The position numbers were made by a program, and so were the translations under genes. From IMG/VR virus record IMGVR_UViG_3300028048_000039, positions 160,001-224,000 of that record: DNA of 64,000 bases. The stretch is one strand, 5' to 3'. The notes beneath the pieces are model-generated. The model did no database searches, had not been told where the DNA came from, and was given only the letters and a program-made list of their open reading frames with translations. Below are positions 30,690-39,300 of this stretch, piece after piece; position 1 is the stretch's first letter, and every line of letters starts with the position of its first letter. The stretch comes from a virus (Duplodnaviria; Caudoviricetes).

Positions 30690-30754
30690 ATCATTTCCTG
30701 GAAAAGATTTTTCATTGCGCAACGAAATTGCGTAGCTAACTAGCTCTGTTATAA

Positions 30755-31040
30755 TAAAAAAACCCCGGAAACCACGAGAAGCTTCCGGGGAGGCACGATG
30801 TAAGTAAGGTAAACAGGAAACGTTCTCTGCCATTTTTGACCAAGAGGGCCGGGACTAGCAAAACCCATTGATGTTAGTAATTGTTAAACGTATTAAAACA
30901 ATTGCTGCACGTTTCCTTAACTTTGGTCCCAGAACCAGTTTCACCCAACTCTGGGACAATGAGTAGAGGACAGCAAAACCGGGTTGCCCGGCAAAAAGGA
31001 GGTGTTTGGGAGGTTGCCGTCCTCAGAATACCTTTAAGTA
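30755..31040 (-). ncRNA. novel structured RNA displaying an anti-Shine-Dalgarno sequence
   Basis: sigmaA-type promoter at ~31044-31058; stems GAGGACGGCAA/TTGCTGTCCTC, GTCCCAGA/TCTGGGAC, AGGAAACGT/ACGTTTCCT; terminator CCCCGGAA/TTCCGGGG+T7; no credible ORF. Confidence 0.7.
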
Positions 31041-31077
31041 CAATGTAAATATACAAAAACTTTTTTAAAAAACAAAA

Positions 31078-31995
31078 TTAATCTTCATTTTCTTCTTCAA
31101 AATCTACATATCTGTCCAGCTTAATGAATTTAGGGGGGATATTATCTGTGGTATAGAACCCACACTTCGGCATATTCGGGTCAGTTTCGAAGTGGATGTT
31201 TTCAGGGAGCTTTTCTGTATTCACCTTAAGTACGGCATATATTCCTTCGTTCCTTGGATTCACTTGTGAGTTTGTCCAGTAGATTGGCTTTGCCCACCCA
31301 TCCATTTCATTTTTATCTATTCCACCCATGAAGTAAATCCTCTCAGGGTAATTGAACAGTTTATTCTTACTACCTGGCACTAGTCCAATTTTCATTATCT
31401 TCTTAAGGTTATACCTAGGAGTGTAATGGTAGAGGACCTTAGGAAGCTTATCCTTCTTCAGCTTATCTGTAAATTTACGCTCGCACTGTATGCGAACCCA
31501 CTGGTCATTCATGAACATGAAAGGAAAACCTTGGGCAAGATTAATCACACCGGGGTACCAGCCACAGTAATCTAGTGCACGTAGAACCAGCTTAATGTTA
31601 TCCCCAATGTTTGGAATCATCAGGAAAAATCTGTTCGGGTCATCCTCAAATGTCCCAAGCTGGAAATCCTCTAGCTGGAAATGTTTCTTGATGTAGTCCA
31701 TGGTTTTCTCAATTGGATAAGTCTTAATGAGGCCTTCGTCGAGTACTCCAGCCATCATCAGGGACAGTGGATTTGACATTGTTGGAGTACCGCTGGTTAA
31801 TGCATAGAGCTTTACTGCCTTATTAGGGTCACCCTTGCATTCACGAAACCATTCCTTTGGTGCTGGCTTCCTCTTCTTCCAATCAGCATATGCTTTATCA
31901 ATAGCTTTCTTAGCCTCAGCTACAATATCTACATTATTTATTTTCTTCTTCAGCATCTTCAATTCTTTTATATATTTTATTAAAGACTTCTTCAA
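31078..31995 (-). CDS. protein with C-terminal ADP-ribosyltransferase/Tpt1-like fold (putative)
   Basis: LYHYT..NL..I...GL.P, RIYF, FYT..NIPP..I pattern; true start may be 31956. Confidence 0.55.
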   Translation of the reverse strand: MKKSLIKYIKELKMLKKKINNVDIVAEAKKAIDKAYADWKKRKPAPKEWFRECKGDPNKAVKLYALTSGTPTMSNPLSLMMAGVLDEGLIKTYPIEKTMDYIKKHFQLEDFQLGTFEDDPNRFFLMIPNIGDNIKLVLRALDYCGWYPGVINLAQGFPFMFMNDQWVRIQCERKFTDKLKKDKLPKVLYHYTPRYNLKKIMKIGLVPGSKNKLFNYPERIYFMGGIDKNEMDGWAKPIYWTNSQVNPRNEGIYAVLKVNTEKLPENIHFETDPNMPKCGFYTTDNIPPKFIKLDRYVDFEEENED

Positions 31996-32341
31996 TCGAC
32001 GGCAGTGAGAGGTCGTTCAGGATGTTCTTGTTGACCAGCTTCATTGCAATCCTCCGGGACTTATTTCTCTGAGAGAATCTTACCGGACCTGAATTAGCCA
32101 GTGATATCAGGACGAAGTCATCTTCAGTAATCCATACTCCTAGGTTAACATCGGAACTGTCATCCCTAAACGCTAGGAGCCAGCCATCCTCAGCACCCAT
32201 GACATCAATTAATTCGAACTTGTCCAGGTCCAGGGCCCTGAAGAATGCATTCTCATTCAGGAGCATTCCGAGCCTGGTGGTGATATCATATATAAATATC
32301 ATTGACATGACGATTAATGTTATTGTTATTACTGTTCCCAT
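31934..32341 (-). CDS. hypothetical membrane-anchored protein
   Basis: start moved to ATG 32341 because the track ORF runs into a tRNA; N-terminal hydrophobic helix. Confidence 0.6.
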   Translation of the reverse strand: MGTVITITLIVMSMIFIYDITTRLGMLLNENAFFRALDLDKFELIDVMGAEDGWLLAFRDDSSDVNLGVWITEDDFVLISLANSGPVRFSQRNKSRRIAMKLVNKNILNDLSLPSIEEVFNKIYKRIEDAEEENK

Positions 32342-32342
32342 G

Positions 32343-32428
32343 TGTCTCGTGTAGGATTCGAACCTACAAGTCCCCTTCGGAACACTGAGGCTTAAACACA
32401 GCGTGTTTACCAATTTCACCAACGAGAC
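32343..32428 (-). tRNA. tRNA-Leu(TAA)
   Basis: acceptor GTCTCGT/ACGAGAC, D-loop GG, anticodon loop TTTAAGC, long variable arm, GTTCGAATC T-arm; CCA not encoded. Confidence 0.9.
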
Positions 32429-32437
32429 ATGTATTTA

Positions 32438-32567
32438 GGAAGGGGGTTCGGAGTCGAACCGATATTTCACGCTCCCAATAATTGTATTAATGATTATTGC
32501 TGTATGTTTATCTACTCGATAAACGAAAAATAATGCGTGTGTTTTTCCTATTAAACTATCCCCCTTC
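32438..32567 (-). ncRNA. tRNA-like RNA with ~60-nt structured insert in place of the anticodon loop
   Basis: GAAGGGGG/CCCCCTTC acceptor, TAGTTTAATAGGAAAAAC D-arm, CACGC/GCGTG stem, TCGG-TTCGACT-CCGA T-arm. Confidence 0.7.
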
Positions 32568-32604
32568 AAATTAGGTACGCAATTGCGGCCTACAGTATTC
32601 GAGA

Positions 32605-32985
32605 TTAAGCCTTAGCCTCAGCTTTCTCTCGCTTCACCTCAGCGGGTGTCTTGTGCCCAAAGAGAGCGTAGAACTGGTCGATGAGGTTGCCAATTGCCTG
32701 CCAGTCGTAGAGACCGTTGGAAGCTCCTCCGGCAACGAGACCACAGATTGCACCAAAGATTATATTCCCGGTCATGCTAGCGAACACTGCGAGACCACCA
32801 GTCATTGCGATGACCACGCCAGCGAGTACTGCGAGTACCCAGGAGATAAGATGCTTTGCCCAGGCAGCCTGAACATTGAAAGCTCCATTCACGAGACCGG
32901 TAAGTACTGTATTACCGGCGATGATTGATGGAACAATTATCATAAGCTGCTGAAGCAATAATGTTACTGTTGTAATAATTTCCAT
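32605..32985 (-). CDS. holin-like membrane protein
   Basis: 3 hydrophobic helices, GLVAGGASNGLYD, basic tail. Confidence 0.6.
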   Translation of the reverse strand: MEIITTVTLLLQQLMIIVPSIIAGNTVLTGLVNGAFNVQAAWAKHLISWVLAVLAGVVIAMTGGLAVFASMTGNIIFGAICGLVAGGASNGLYDWQAIGNLIDQFYALFGHKTPAEVKREKAEAKA

Positions 32986-33053
32986 AACACTTTCTTTTTA
33001 ATAAATTATTCTTCTTCTCATAAATATACAAATCTTTTCTTTATTTTCCAAAT

Positions 33054-33290
33054 CTAATCCACGTCATCTTTGTCTGGAATCTTCTTCCAGTAGCCGGCTT
33101 CACTCTTGTCAGGACGCCTATCAAATCCCTTAAAGTAGATGTAGATGACATATGCGAATGCGAACCCGCTGATAATCGTTAGCCAAGCTGTCGCTGCAGC
33201 CTTGAATACTATTCCTATTGGAATCAATGTTGCAATTGTTGCCAACGCCCTGATAATCTCCATTACTATTTTCTTAACACTTTCCTTCAT
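33054..33290 (-). CDS. small membrane protein
   Basis: two hydrophobic helices. Confidence 0.65.
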   Translation of the reverse strand: MKESVKKIVMEIIRALATIATLIPIGIVFKAAATAWLTIISGFAFAYVIYIYFKGFDRRPDKSEAGYWKKIPDKDDVD

Positions 33291-33317
33291 TTCCTTCTTT
33301 TCCTCCTATATTTTAAA

Positions 33318-33356
33318 AGCGGTATCATCCTCCGAGTGATTGGAAGACGACACCGC
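33318..33356 (-). terminator. intrinsic terminator closing the - strand island
   Basis: GCGGTGTCGTC/GATGATACCGC hairpin followed by TTTT. Confidence 0.55.
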
Positions 33357-33423
33357 CAAATTAACTATCTTCTTCACGAATCTCACTCCTCAAAACCTAT
33401 GTAAATAAACCTCTAGAACCTCA

Positions 33424-33777
33424 TTAGCAAATTCCCGTTTTTAAGTAATCACCATCTGGTGTATCAATTGTTATCTCATCGTATTCAAGGAAATGTTTTA
33501 CCTCGCCAATGTAATCAATGACATCCTCCTCCGTCAAGTCCTCTTGCTCATATTGAGTCGTGTTCTCCCAAAGTAGATTGATATACTCACCTTCTTCGTC
33601 TTTCTTAACCTCGTCAATGAATTCCTCTATCGGAATAATCATTCCAGTTCCTTCTACTATTCTCCAAGACTCATCCTCATATTCCCAGATGTAAGCGAGA
33701 AGATGAACAAACCTATTACCATCGTCATCCGTAAAGATGTTGTAGAGTTCGCACTCCATTGCTTTTTCTAATTTCAT
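33424..33777 (-). CDS. small acidic hypothetical protein
   Basis: SD variant AGGGAAGGT; sigma54-type site at 33833-33852. Confidence 0.8.
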   Translation of the reverse strand: MKLEKAMECELYNIFTDDDGNRFVHLLAYIWEYEDESWRIVEGTGMIIPIEEFIDEVKKDEEGEYINLLWENTTQYEQEDLTEEDVIDYIGEVKHFLEYDEITIDTPDGDYLKTGIC

Positions 33778-33871
33778 ATTGTACCTTCCCTTTTTAAGTT
33801 GTTAAACAATAACTGTGGACATTAATAGGTATAACAAATTCCGTGCCAAACTATCTATTTGATGATATTTT

Positions 33872-34066
33872 TTAGTTAGATAAAATACCATCTTTAATAT
33901 CAAGAAGAAGCGTAATAATTAAGCCAATAGGTGCAGTAAAGAAAAATCCCCACCAAAAAAACTTATGTTTTGTTTTCACTATTGTTTCAACAATGGAAAC
34001 AATAAAAATGTGTAGCACACCAAATAAGATAATCAGTTCAAATATACTCTGCTCCGTCATAGTCAT
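33872..34066 (-). CDS. small membrane protein
   Basis: hydrophobic; FFWWGFFFTAPIGLII. Confidence 0.65.
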   Translation of the reverse strand: MTMTEQSIFELIILFGVLHIFIVSIVETIVKTKHKFFWWGFFFTAPIGLIITLLLDIKDGILSN

Positions 34067-34072
34067 ATTTTT

Positions 34073-34927
34073 TTATTCATCCTCTTCACTCCACACTGCG
34101 GGTTGCTGCTCTGATTGAATCAGATATTTCTCTGCATACCGTATAATCTTTGCCCAATCATTTTCCTTGAAAGCCTTATCAATGTCTCCGCACTCTCCTT
34201 CAGATAAAGACATCTTTCCTTCTGGACGGTTTTCATCCAGATAGTTCATAAACCTGATTGCAAGGTCGTGCTTGGCGGCTTGATAGATTTTTTTACGAGG
34301 CTGTGGACGGAGTGATTTGAGGAAAGAATCAAGTTCTTCTTTTTCGTCAACACTTACTTCTCTTCCAGATGCAATATGTACTATTTCAAGAATGTGATTT
34401 AACTTATTTTTATCCTCTTCATTCCACTCATTCTTTGGCTGGGGTTTGAGGGATTTAAGCCAAGAAGATAATTTTTCTTTGTACTCATTTGACGGATGCA
34501 AATGGCCCGTACAACTTGGAATATCCATTGGAGGAAGTGTATCAGCGTATTTAATCATCTCAAGTATATCCATTAGTTTGTCTTCATCCTCTTCACTCCA
34601 CTCCGACTTCTGTTCTTTCTGCTTTTCAAGTTGCTCTTTGAGATAATAATTCTCTTCAATCAATTCACCAATTCTTGCATTAGATATTTGCAAGGCTTTC
34701 ATCAAATTACCTTGCTTTTCAAGCCAAACAAAAGCCTTATCCTTTTCTTCAGGTGACATATAACCACCAACCTGAATAATGCGAATAATTTTCTTTCTTA
34801 TCCTCTCATCCTCGCTTTCTTTAAGTTCTGGAATAAACAACTCACAAGCTTTCCGTAAGTCACTACCTGACGTACAATTTCTTTTAATGATTTCTATTGC
34901 CTCTTCTTTTGTCATAATTATTTCCAA
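34073..34927 (-). CDS. 'EWSEED' repeat protein, possibly C-terminally truncated
   Basis: paralog of 5544-7556; ends abruptly at WSEEDE. Confidence 0.75.
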   Translation of the reverse strand: MEIIMTKEEAIEIIKRNCTSGSDLRKACELFIPELKESEDERIRKKIIRIIQVGGYMSPEEKDKAFVWLEKQGNLMKALQISNARIGELIEENYYLKEQLEKQKEQKSEWSEEDEDKLMDILEMIKYADTLPPMDIPSCTGHLHPSNEYKEKLSSWLKSLKPQPKNEWNEEDKNKLNHILEIVHIASGREVSVDEKEELDSFLKSLRPQPRKKIYQAAKHDLAIRFMNYLDENRPEGKMSLSEGECGDIDKAFKENDWAKIIRYAEKYLIQSEQQPAVWSEEDE

Positions 34928-35099
34928 TTTATATTATTATCACTTTTCCTTGTAAAGTTTACAATGTCTTGCATTATTTCCTCTACTTTTTGCTTATCCC
35001 AGATGAAGACTGAGCCTATATAGTTATTAGGGTCTTCCATAATCTTATTCGTTTTTAGTTTAACAATACATTTTATCTATATACAAATATTGTGCAAAA

Positions 35100-35537
35100 C
35101 TATGCAAGTCCTGAAACAAATGTTGAAATTTCTTCAGCCTCATCCTCCGAGAATAACCTTTCAACCTTCTCACCATTCTTGGAGATTGCCTTCCAGACAG
35201 CGTTCACGTGGCGTTTTTCCTCATAGTAGTCATACCCGAACTCCTCAGCAAAGTCCTCAGCGGAGCTACAATTCTTCCAGTCGTAATATTCGCTGATGAT
35301 ACAATCCAACGCCCCGTTAATCATATCTTCAGTCTCGGTGATGCCTCTTTGATAGTTGTAGATGCTATCGTGGAATTTAAAGTCCTCAGCGACTTCTCCT
35401 CTCTTAATAGTTATTGTATAAGTGTAGTGAGTTGGGTCACCAGAATAACCCCTACCGAAAGCTCTCCTTTCCGTTCTCCTCTTATGTGCAGTTACCGAGA
35501 ACTCAATACCATTGTGCTTGTAATCAACTTTCATCAT
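35100..35537 (-). CDS. hypothetical protein (island gene)
   Basis: AGGAGGT SD; -24/-12 site at 35581. Confidence 0.85.
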   Translation of the reverse strand: MMKVDYKHNGIEFSVTAHKRRTERRAFGRGYSGDPTHYTYTITIKRGEVAEDFKFHDSIYNYQRGITETEDMINGALDCIISEYYDWKNCSSAEDFAEEFGYDYYEEKRHVNAVWKAISKNGEKVERLFSEDEAEEISTFVSGLA

Positions 35538-35608
35538 AATTGTACCTCCTTTCTTTAATTGGTTAAACTACTCTCTTGTATGCAAAAACCATTCCAGACT
35601 GATAAATC

Positions 35609-36133
35609 TTAGAGTTTATTTATCATCTTAAGCTGTAAATCCATACCTAACTCGGAGAAGTCAACGAACTTTTGTTCATTTCCAGAGTCATCGGTAATTA
35701 GGATGCTCATCTTCCTGCTCTTCTTATCAATGAAGACCCCTTCTACCTTAGTATAATTCCCGAAGATAATTTCATCTTCCAGACCCTTCACGAACCAGGC
35801 GTAAAAGTATTCATCGTGCTTTCCCTTCCTGATGACCAAGTCAATTATGTAATTAACAAGTGCATCATAACAATAAGTGAAAAGAAAGTCTTGCTCAGTC
35901 ATTACCTCAATATCTGGAAGGAGATGCCCATCGTCATCCAACCCACCATTCTCGCCAAGCTCATTAAGAACAGCCATTTCGTCACAAAAGATTACTGGCG
36001 ATTTATCGCCCCAGACCATTACTTGACCTTTATCAAATATGACATAGTTAAAATCCGCCTTATTGACATATTCCCCGAATGACATTCCCAAGTCAATGAG
36101 ATGTTTAATGAAATAATTCTTCTTAAAATTCAT
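35609..36133 (-). CDS. hypothetical protein
   Basis: ORF; GGGAGG in upstream gene end. Confidence 0.8.
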   Translation of the reverse strand: MNFKKNYFIKHLIDLGMSFGEYVNKADFNYVIFDKGQVMVWGDKSPVIFCDEMAVLNELGENGGLDDDGHLLPDIEVMTEQDFLFTYCYDALVNYIIDLVIRKGKHDEYFYAWFVKGLEDEIIFGNYTKVEGVFIDKKSRKMSILITDDSGNEQKFVDFSELGMDLQLKMINKL

Positions 36134-36136
36134 AGC

Positions 36137-36523
36137 CTATTCCTCCCAATTATAATAATTCAACCACGATATAATCTCGTCCATTACCTCTATGTCAAAT
36201 TTACTAACCCAAGTGGTCTCGTCAGATACATTAGTGAGTGAATGATGATACTCCTCATCAATCCAACATACATCATCATCAAAATCAACCTCAGCGACAT
36301 TGTACCCACAACAAGCATCAAAGTCCTGAAGAACCCAGTAGAGAACTCCGTCCTTGACATATATGCGTTTAATTCTCTCAGCGGTAAGTTCCTCATCATA
36401 GTACCTATAAACTATCTCGGTCTCTATGCTTCCACCATTTCTATTTACATACTCCTTGATGGTATCTACCATCTCCTTGTAGAGCTTCGTGTAAGCATTG
36501 TTAATCTTCGTCTCGTTAATCAT
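36137..36523 (-). CDS. acidic hypothetical protein
   Basis: strong SD. Confidence 0.85.
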   Translation of the reverse strand: MINETKINNAYTKLYKEMVDTIKEYVNRNGGSIETEIVYRYYDEELTAERIKRIYVKDGVLYWVLQDFDACCGYNVAEVDFDDDVCWIDEEYHHSLTNVSDETTWVSKFDIEVMDEIISWLNYYNWEE

Positions 36524-36631
36524 AATGTACCTCCTTTTTTCTTATTGTTAAACCTAAGAATACTGGGGGAGTGTCTTTTTCTCCCCCATATTCCGTTAAA
36601 CTAGTCCGCAACTGCGTACTACACCCCCATA

Positions 36632-37561
36632 TTAGACCATTAAAGTCTCTCTGTCAGCAACCTCGTCACCTACGAATGTGGAAACATAGACATTTCCCTT
36701 ATTGTCTTCCCATTCAATCCACTCCTTGTGGTCAGCGAGCTTATTAACCCTAATGCCAGTACCATACTTATTAGAGAGAGCTACAAGTCTCTTGAAAGTG
36801 ATGCACTCAGTCATTGTCATTGACTCATTATAATAATCTTTATTATAATAGGTCTCAGTAAGCTCGATGGTGAATTGATACTCTGGGTCAAGCATACCGA
36901 TAACATTACCATCATAGAACTGATAAGTCCTCGCCTCATTCAAGTCCATTGGGTAAGCACCATCGCAACACACCTGCCCCACGATGTTATCCTCATAGAC
37001 AACATACATAAAGACCTCGTCCATATCATCGGTCTCGTCATCGTACTTAATAACGCCTTGCCAGAGTGATACCTCTTTGCCGTTCACTACCACGCTATCA
37101 ACCTTCTCAAAGATGTCAAAGTCCACATTATCCCAACCACACACTTCGTTAAGGTCACGAACCATATCAAGCACCTTTTCCTTCTCATCCACGATTGGAA
37201 TAGGAGTAAAGTCATCGTCCATAATTCCCTCAGCAATGTTCTTAATCATCATCTCATAGATGTCATTGTGATAAGGACGAACCCAAGTACCATCTTCAGT
37301 ATAGACACCCTCGCCCGGAGCATAAGACAGCATCACCTCCAAGTGACCATCACGAACACGGAGAGCAAGAATGCGTCTCTCCTCATAGACTTCCTTCTCA
37401 CGAAGATAAACCACACTTGTAAATTCAGCGTACTCGCCATTTGGATTATCAACCCTGATAGCACCGCCCCACTCATTTACATAATTAACGATTGCATTAA
37501 CGAGATTGTCATAACCTCTTTCAACGATTGTCATTGCGTAATTGATAAGATTTTTTCCCAT
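36632..37561 (-). CDS. acidic hypothetical protein
   Basis: strong SD; -24/-12 site at 37613; N-terminus similar to 36137 and 42702 genes. Confidence 0.85.
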   Translation of the reverse strand: MGKNLINYAMTIVERGYDNLVNAIVNYVNEWGGAIRVDNPNGEYAEFTSVVYLREKEVYEERRILALRVRDGHLEVMLSYAPGEGVYTEDGTWVRPYHNDIYEMMIKNIAEGIMDDDFTPIPIVDEKEKVLDMVRDLNEVCGWDNVDFDIFEKVDSVVVNGKEVSLWQGVIKYDDETDDMDEVFMYVVYEDNIVGQVCCDGAYPMDLNEARTYQFYDGNVIGMLDPEYQFTIELTETYYNKDYYNESMTMTECITFKRLVALSNKYGTGIRVNKLADHKEWIEWEDNKGNVYVSTFVGDEVADRETLMV

Positions 37562-37635
37562 AATATACCTCCTTTTTTAAAATGTTAATAAATCAGTTTC
37601 CATAAATACTACTAACAAGTTCCGTGCCAAACTTC

Positions 37636-37812
37636 TTAGATTATGTAATTTTCTTCAAGTTTTTTGATAAATTCTCTTTCATCCATTTCATAGACCTCGT
37701 CTGCCGGAATGTCCAATGTTCCGATAACTCTTTCATTTTCAGCATCAATTACGATACTTCCACCATTTTCGTTACTTCTAAAGATGTAACCGCCTCTTTC
37801 AAATTCTTCCAT
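37636..37812 (-). CDS. small acidic protein (58 aa, not in ORF track)
   Basis: AGGAGGT SD then MEEFERGGYIF... Confidence 0.75.
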   Translation of the reverse strand: MEEFERGGYIFRSNENGGSIVIDAENERVIGTLDIPADEVYEMDEREFIKKLEENYII

Positions 37813-37871
37813 AATGTACCTCCTATTTTAAATTGTTCTCTATTATAATATACTCTCTTTTTCCGAAAATC

Positions 37872-38162
37872 TTACACTTCCAAGTCAAAAAGTTTATCTT
37901 TATCATCATATTGACGAATTAACTCTATGTCGTGAGTTTCTTCCATCCAGATTCTCCTCTTGTCATCAACATTGTCAAAAAGACCACAATCAGTACAAGC
38001 TTCTGCCAAGTTGTCAGTCGTTAATTTTCCATCACTTGAGAAGACCACGAAGGAATCTACTACTGGGTCTTCATCGGATTTAATCATCCCCAACCAAGTG
38101 TGAAAGGAGTTCTCATCCTTTCCTATGTAAATTATGTAAAAACGATTTTTCCAAATGCACAT
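37872..38162 (-). CDS. hypothetical protein
   Basis: SD; -24/-12 site at 38202. Confidence 0.8.
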   Translation of the reverse strand: MCIWKNRFYIIYIGKDENSFHTWLGMIKSDEDPVVDSFVVFSSDGKLTTDNLAEACTDCGLFDNVDDKRRIWMEETHDIELIRQYDDKDKLFDLEV

Positions 38163-38292
38163 ATCTCACCTCCTCTTTTAATTGTTCTACACTAATAGTC
38201 CTAACAAAGACCGTGCCAGAATTTAAAAAATAAGGGGGAAGAATGAAAAAAAATTCATCTTCCCCGCAAAAATCATAATTAGTCTTGGAGTA

Positions 38293-38463
38293 TTACTCGG
38301 CAACAGCGGTGGTATCAACGGCAACGCTATCAACAGCAACAGCGGTGGTGTCTTCAGCAACCTGCTCAAGACCCTGCTCCTCAACTACCTCTGCCTCATT
38401 GTTCTTGCAAGATACAAGTGCAAGGGCAAATACTACCAAGACTGCAAAAAGAATCTTCTTCAT
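38293..38463 (-). CDS. small surface lipoprotein (56 aa, not in ORF track)
   Basis: MKKILFAVLVVFALALVS-CKNNEAE...; lipobox; sigmaA-type promoter at ~38503; no SD. Confidence 0.8.
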   Translation of the reverse strand: MKKILFAVLVVFALALVSCKNNEAEVVEEQGLEQVAEDTTAVAVDSVAVDTTAVAE

Positions 38464-38668
38464 AGCAAACTTTATTTTTAATAGTTATTATTATTATTTC
38501 TGGCAAATATACAAAAATGTTTTCAAAAAAACAAATCTACCGGAAAAGTCTTACTCATCGTCCAGACTATTATTAAATAGTTCGTACAAGATATACAACA
38601 CAAAAAAAGTACATCCAACCGCACAAACTGATAACAATATCTTTAATAATAAGTAAAGCATCTTTCAT

Positions 38669-38974
38669 TTATTCTTTTATTATTTTTGGGTCATCATTAT
38701 AGTTCTCAAGCACCCACTCTAAAAGCAACTTTCTGTTTGTGGAATCAAGTTCACCATAAAACTTATTCATTCTCGCATATCCATTGTAATCGTATAGAAT
38801 ATAATTCCACTTCCCTATGATATGGTCAAGACTACAAGCCCACTTCACCTCCATAATAAAGGTTGGAAGATAGTCTTGCCTCTTCTCTCCATACATAGTC
38901 GTCCAGTCATAATAGTCGGACTTGTAATTCATACTGAAATAAAACCACTTGTTAATTGCGTTAATGTTGTTCAT
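38669..38974 (-). CDS. hypothetical protein
   Basis: SD; -24/-12 site at 39024. Confidence 0.8.
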   Translation of the reverse strand: MNNINAINKWFYFSMNYKSDYYDWTTMYGEKRQDYLPTFIMEVKWACSLDHIIGKWNYILYDYNGYARMNKFYGELDSTNRKLLLEWVLENYNDDPKIIKE

Positions 38975-39084
38975 AAATACCTCCTTCTTTAAAAAAGTAA
39001 AAATATGTTTTCTACCTTCTTACTATCAACTATCGTGCCAGAATGCTCCGGAATGCCGGTTTGGGTGAAAAAAGTTTTTCAATG

Positions 39085-39170
39085 CCTTTTTTTTTAAAAA
39101 AGGTGTGACGGAGACTATACTTTAGCTATTGATGTACTACTCTGACTCCGGTTTAACCCGAAACCAAACG
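39085..39170. repeat. GG(T/C)GTGACGGAGACTATA stem element
   Basis: copies at 27952, 39102, 42307; the 39.1 and 42.3 kb copies align over ~90 nt. Confidence 0.75.
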
Positions 39171-39300
39171 GCATCCATTTGTGCCGGTATTTCTACCTAT
39201 CTACTAACCCGGTGACCTTGCTCTCATTTCCATTGAGACCTCCTTCTTTAAAGTTAAACAATCAGTGAACACTAATAGTATATGCGAATATCGTGCCAGA

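Noticed and set aside
30874-31056. 60-aa - strand ORF from the track
   Set aside because: It starts inside the promoter at a non-ATG codon and overlaps strong RNA stems; better explained as a non-coding RNA.
32342-32422. 5' extension of ORF 31934-32422
   Set aside because: It overlaps tRNA-Leu; the real start is more likely 32341.
38285-38656. + strand 123-aa ORF with TATAVVS repeats
   Set aside because: It is the antisense shadow of the - strand lipoprotein gene.
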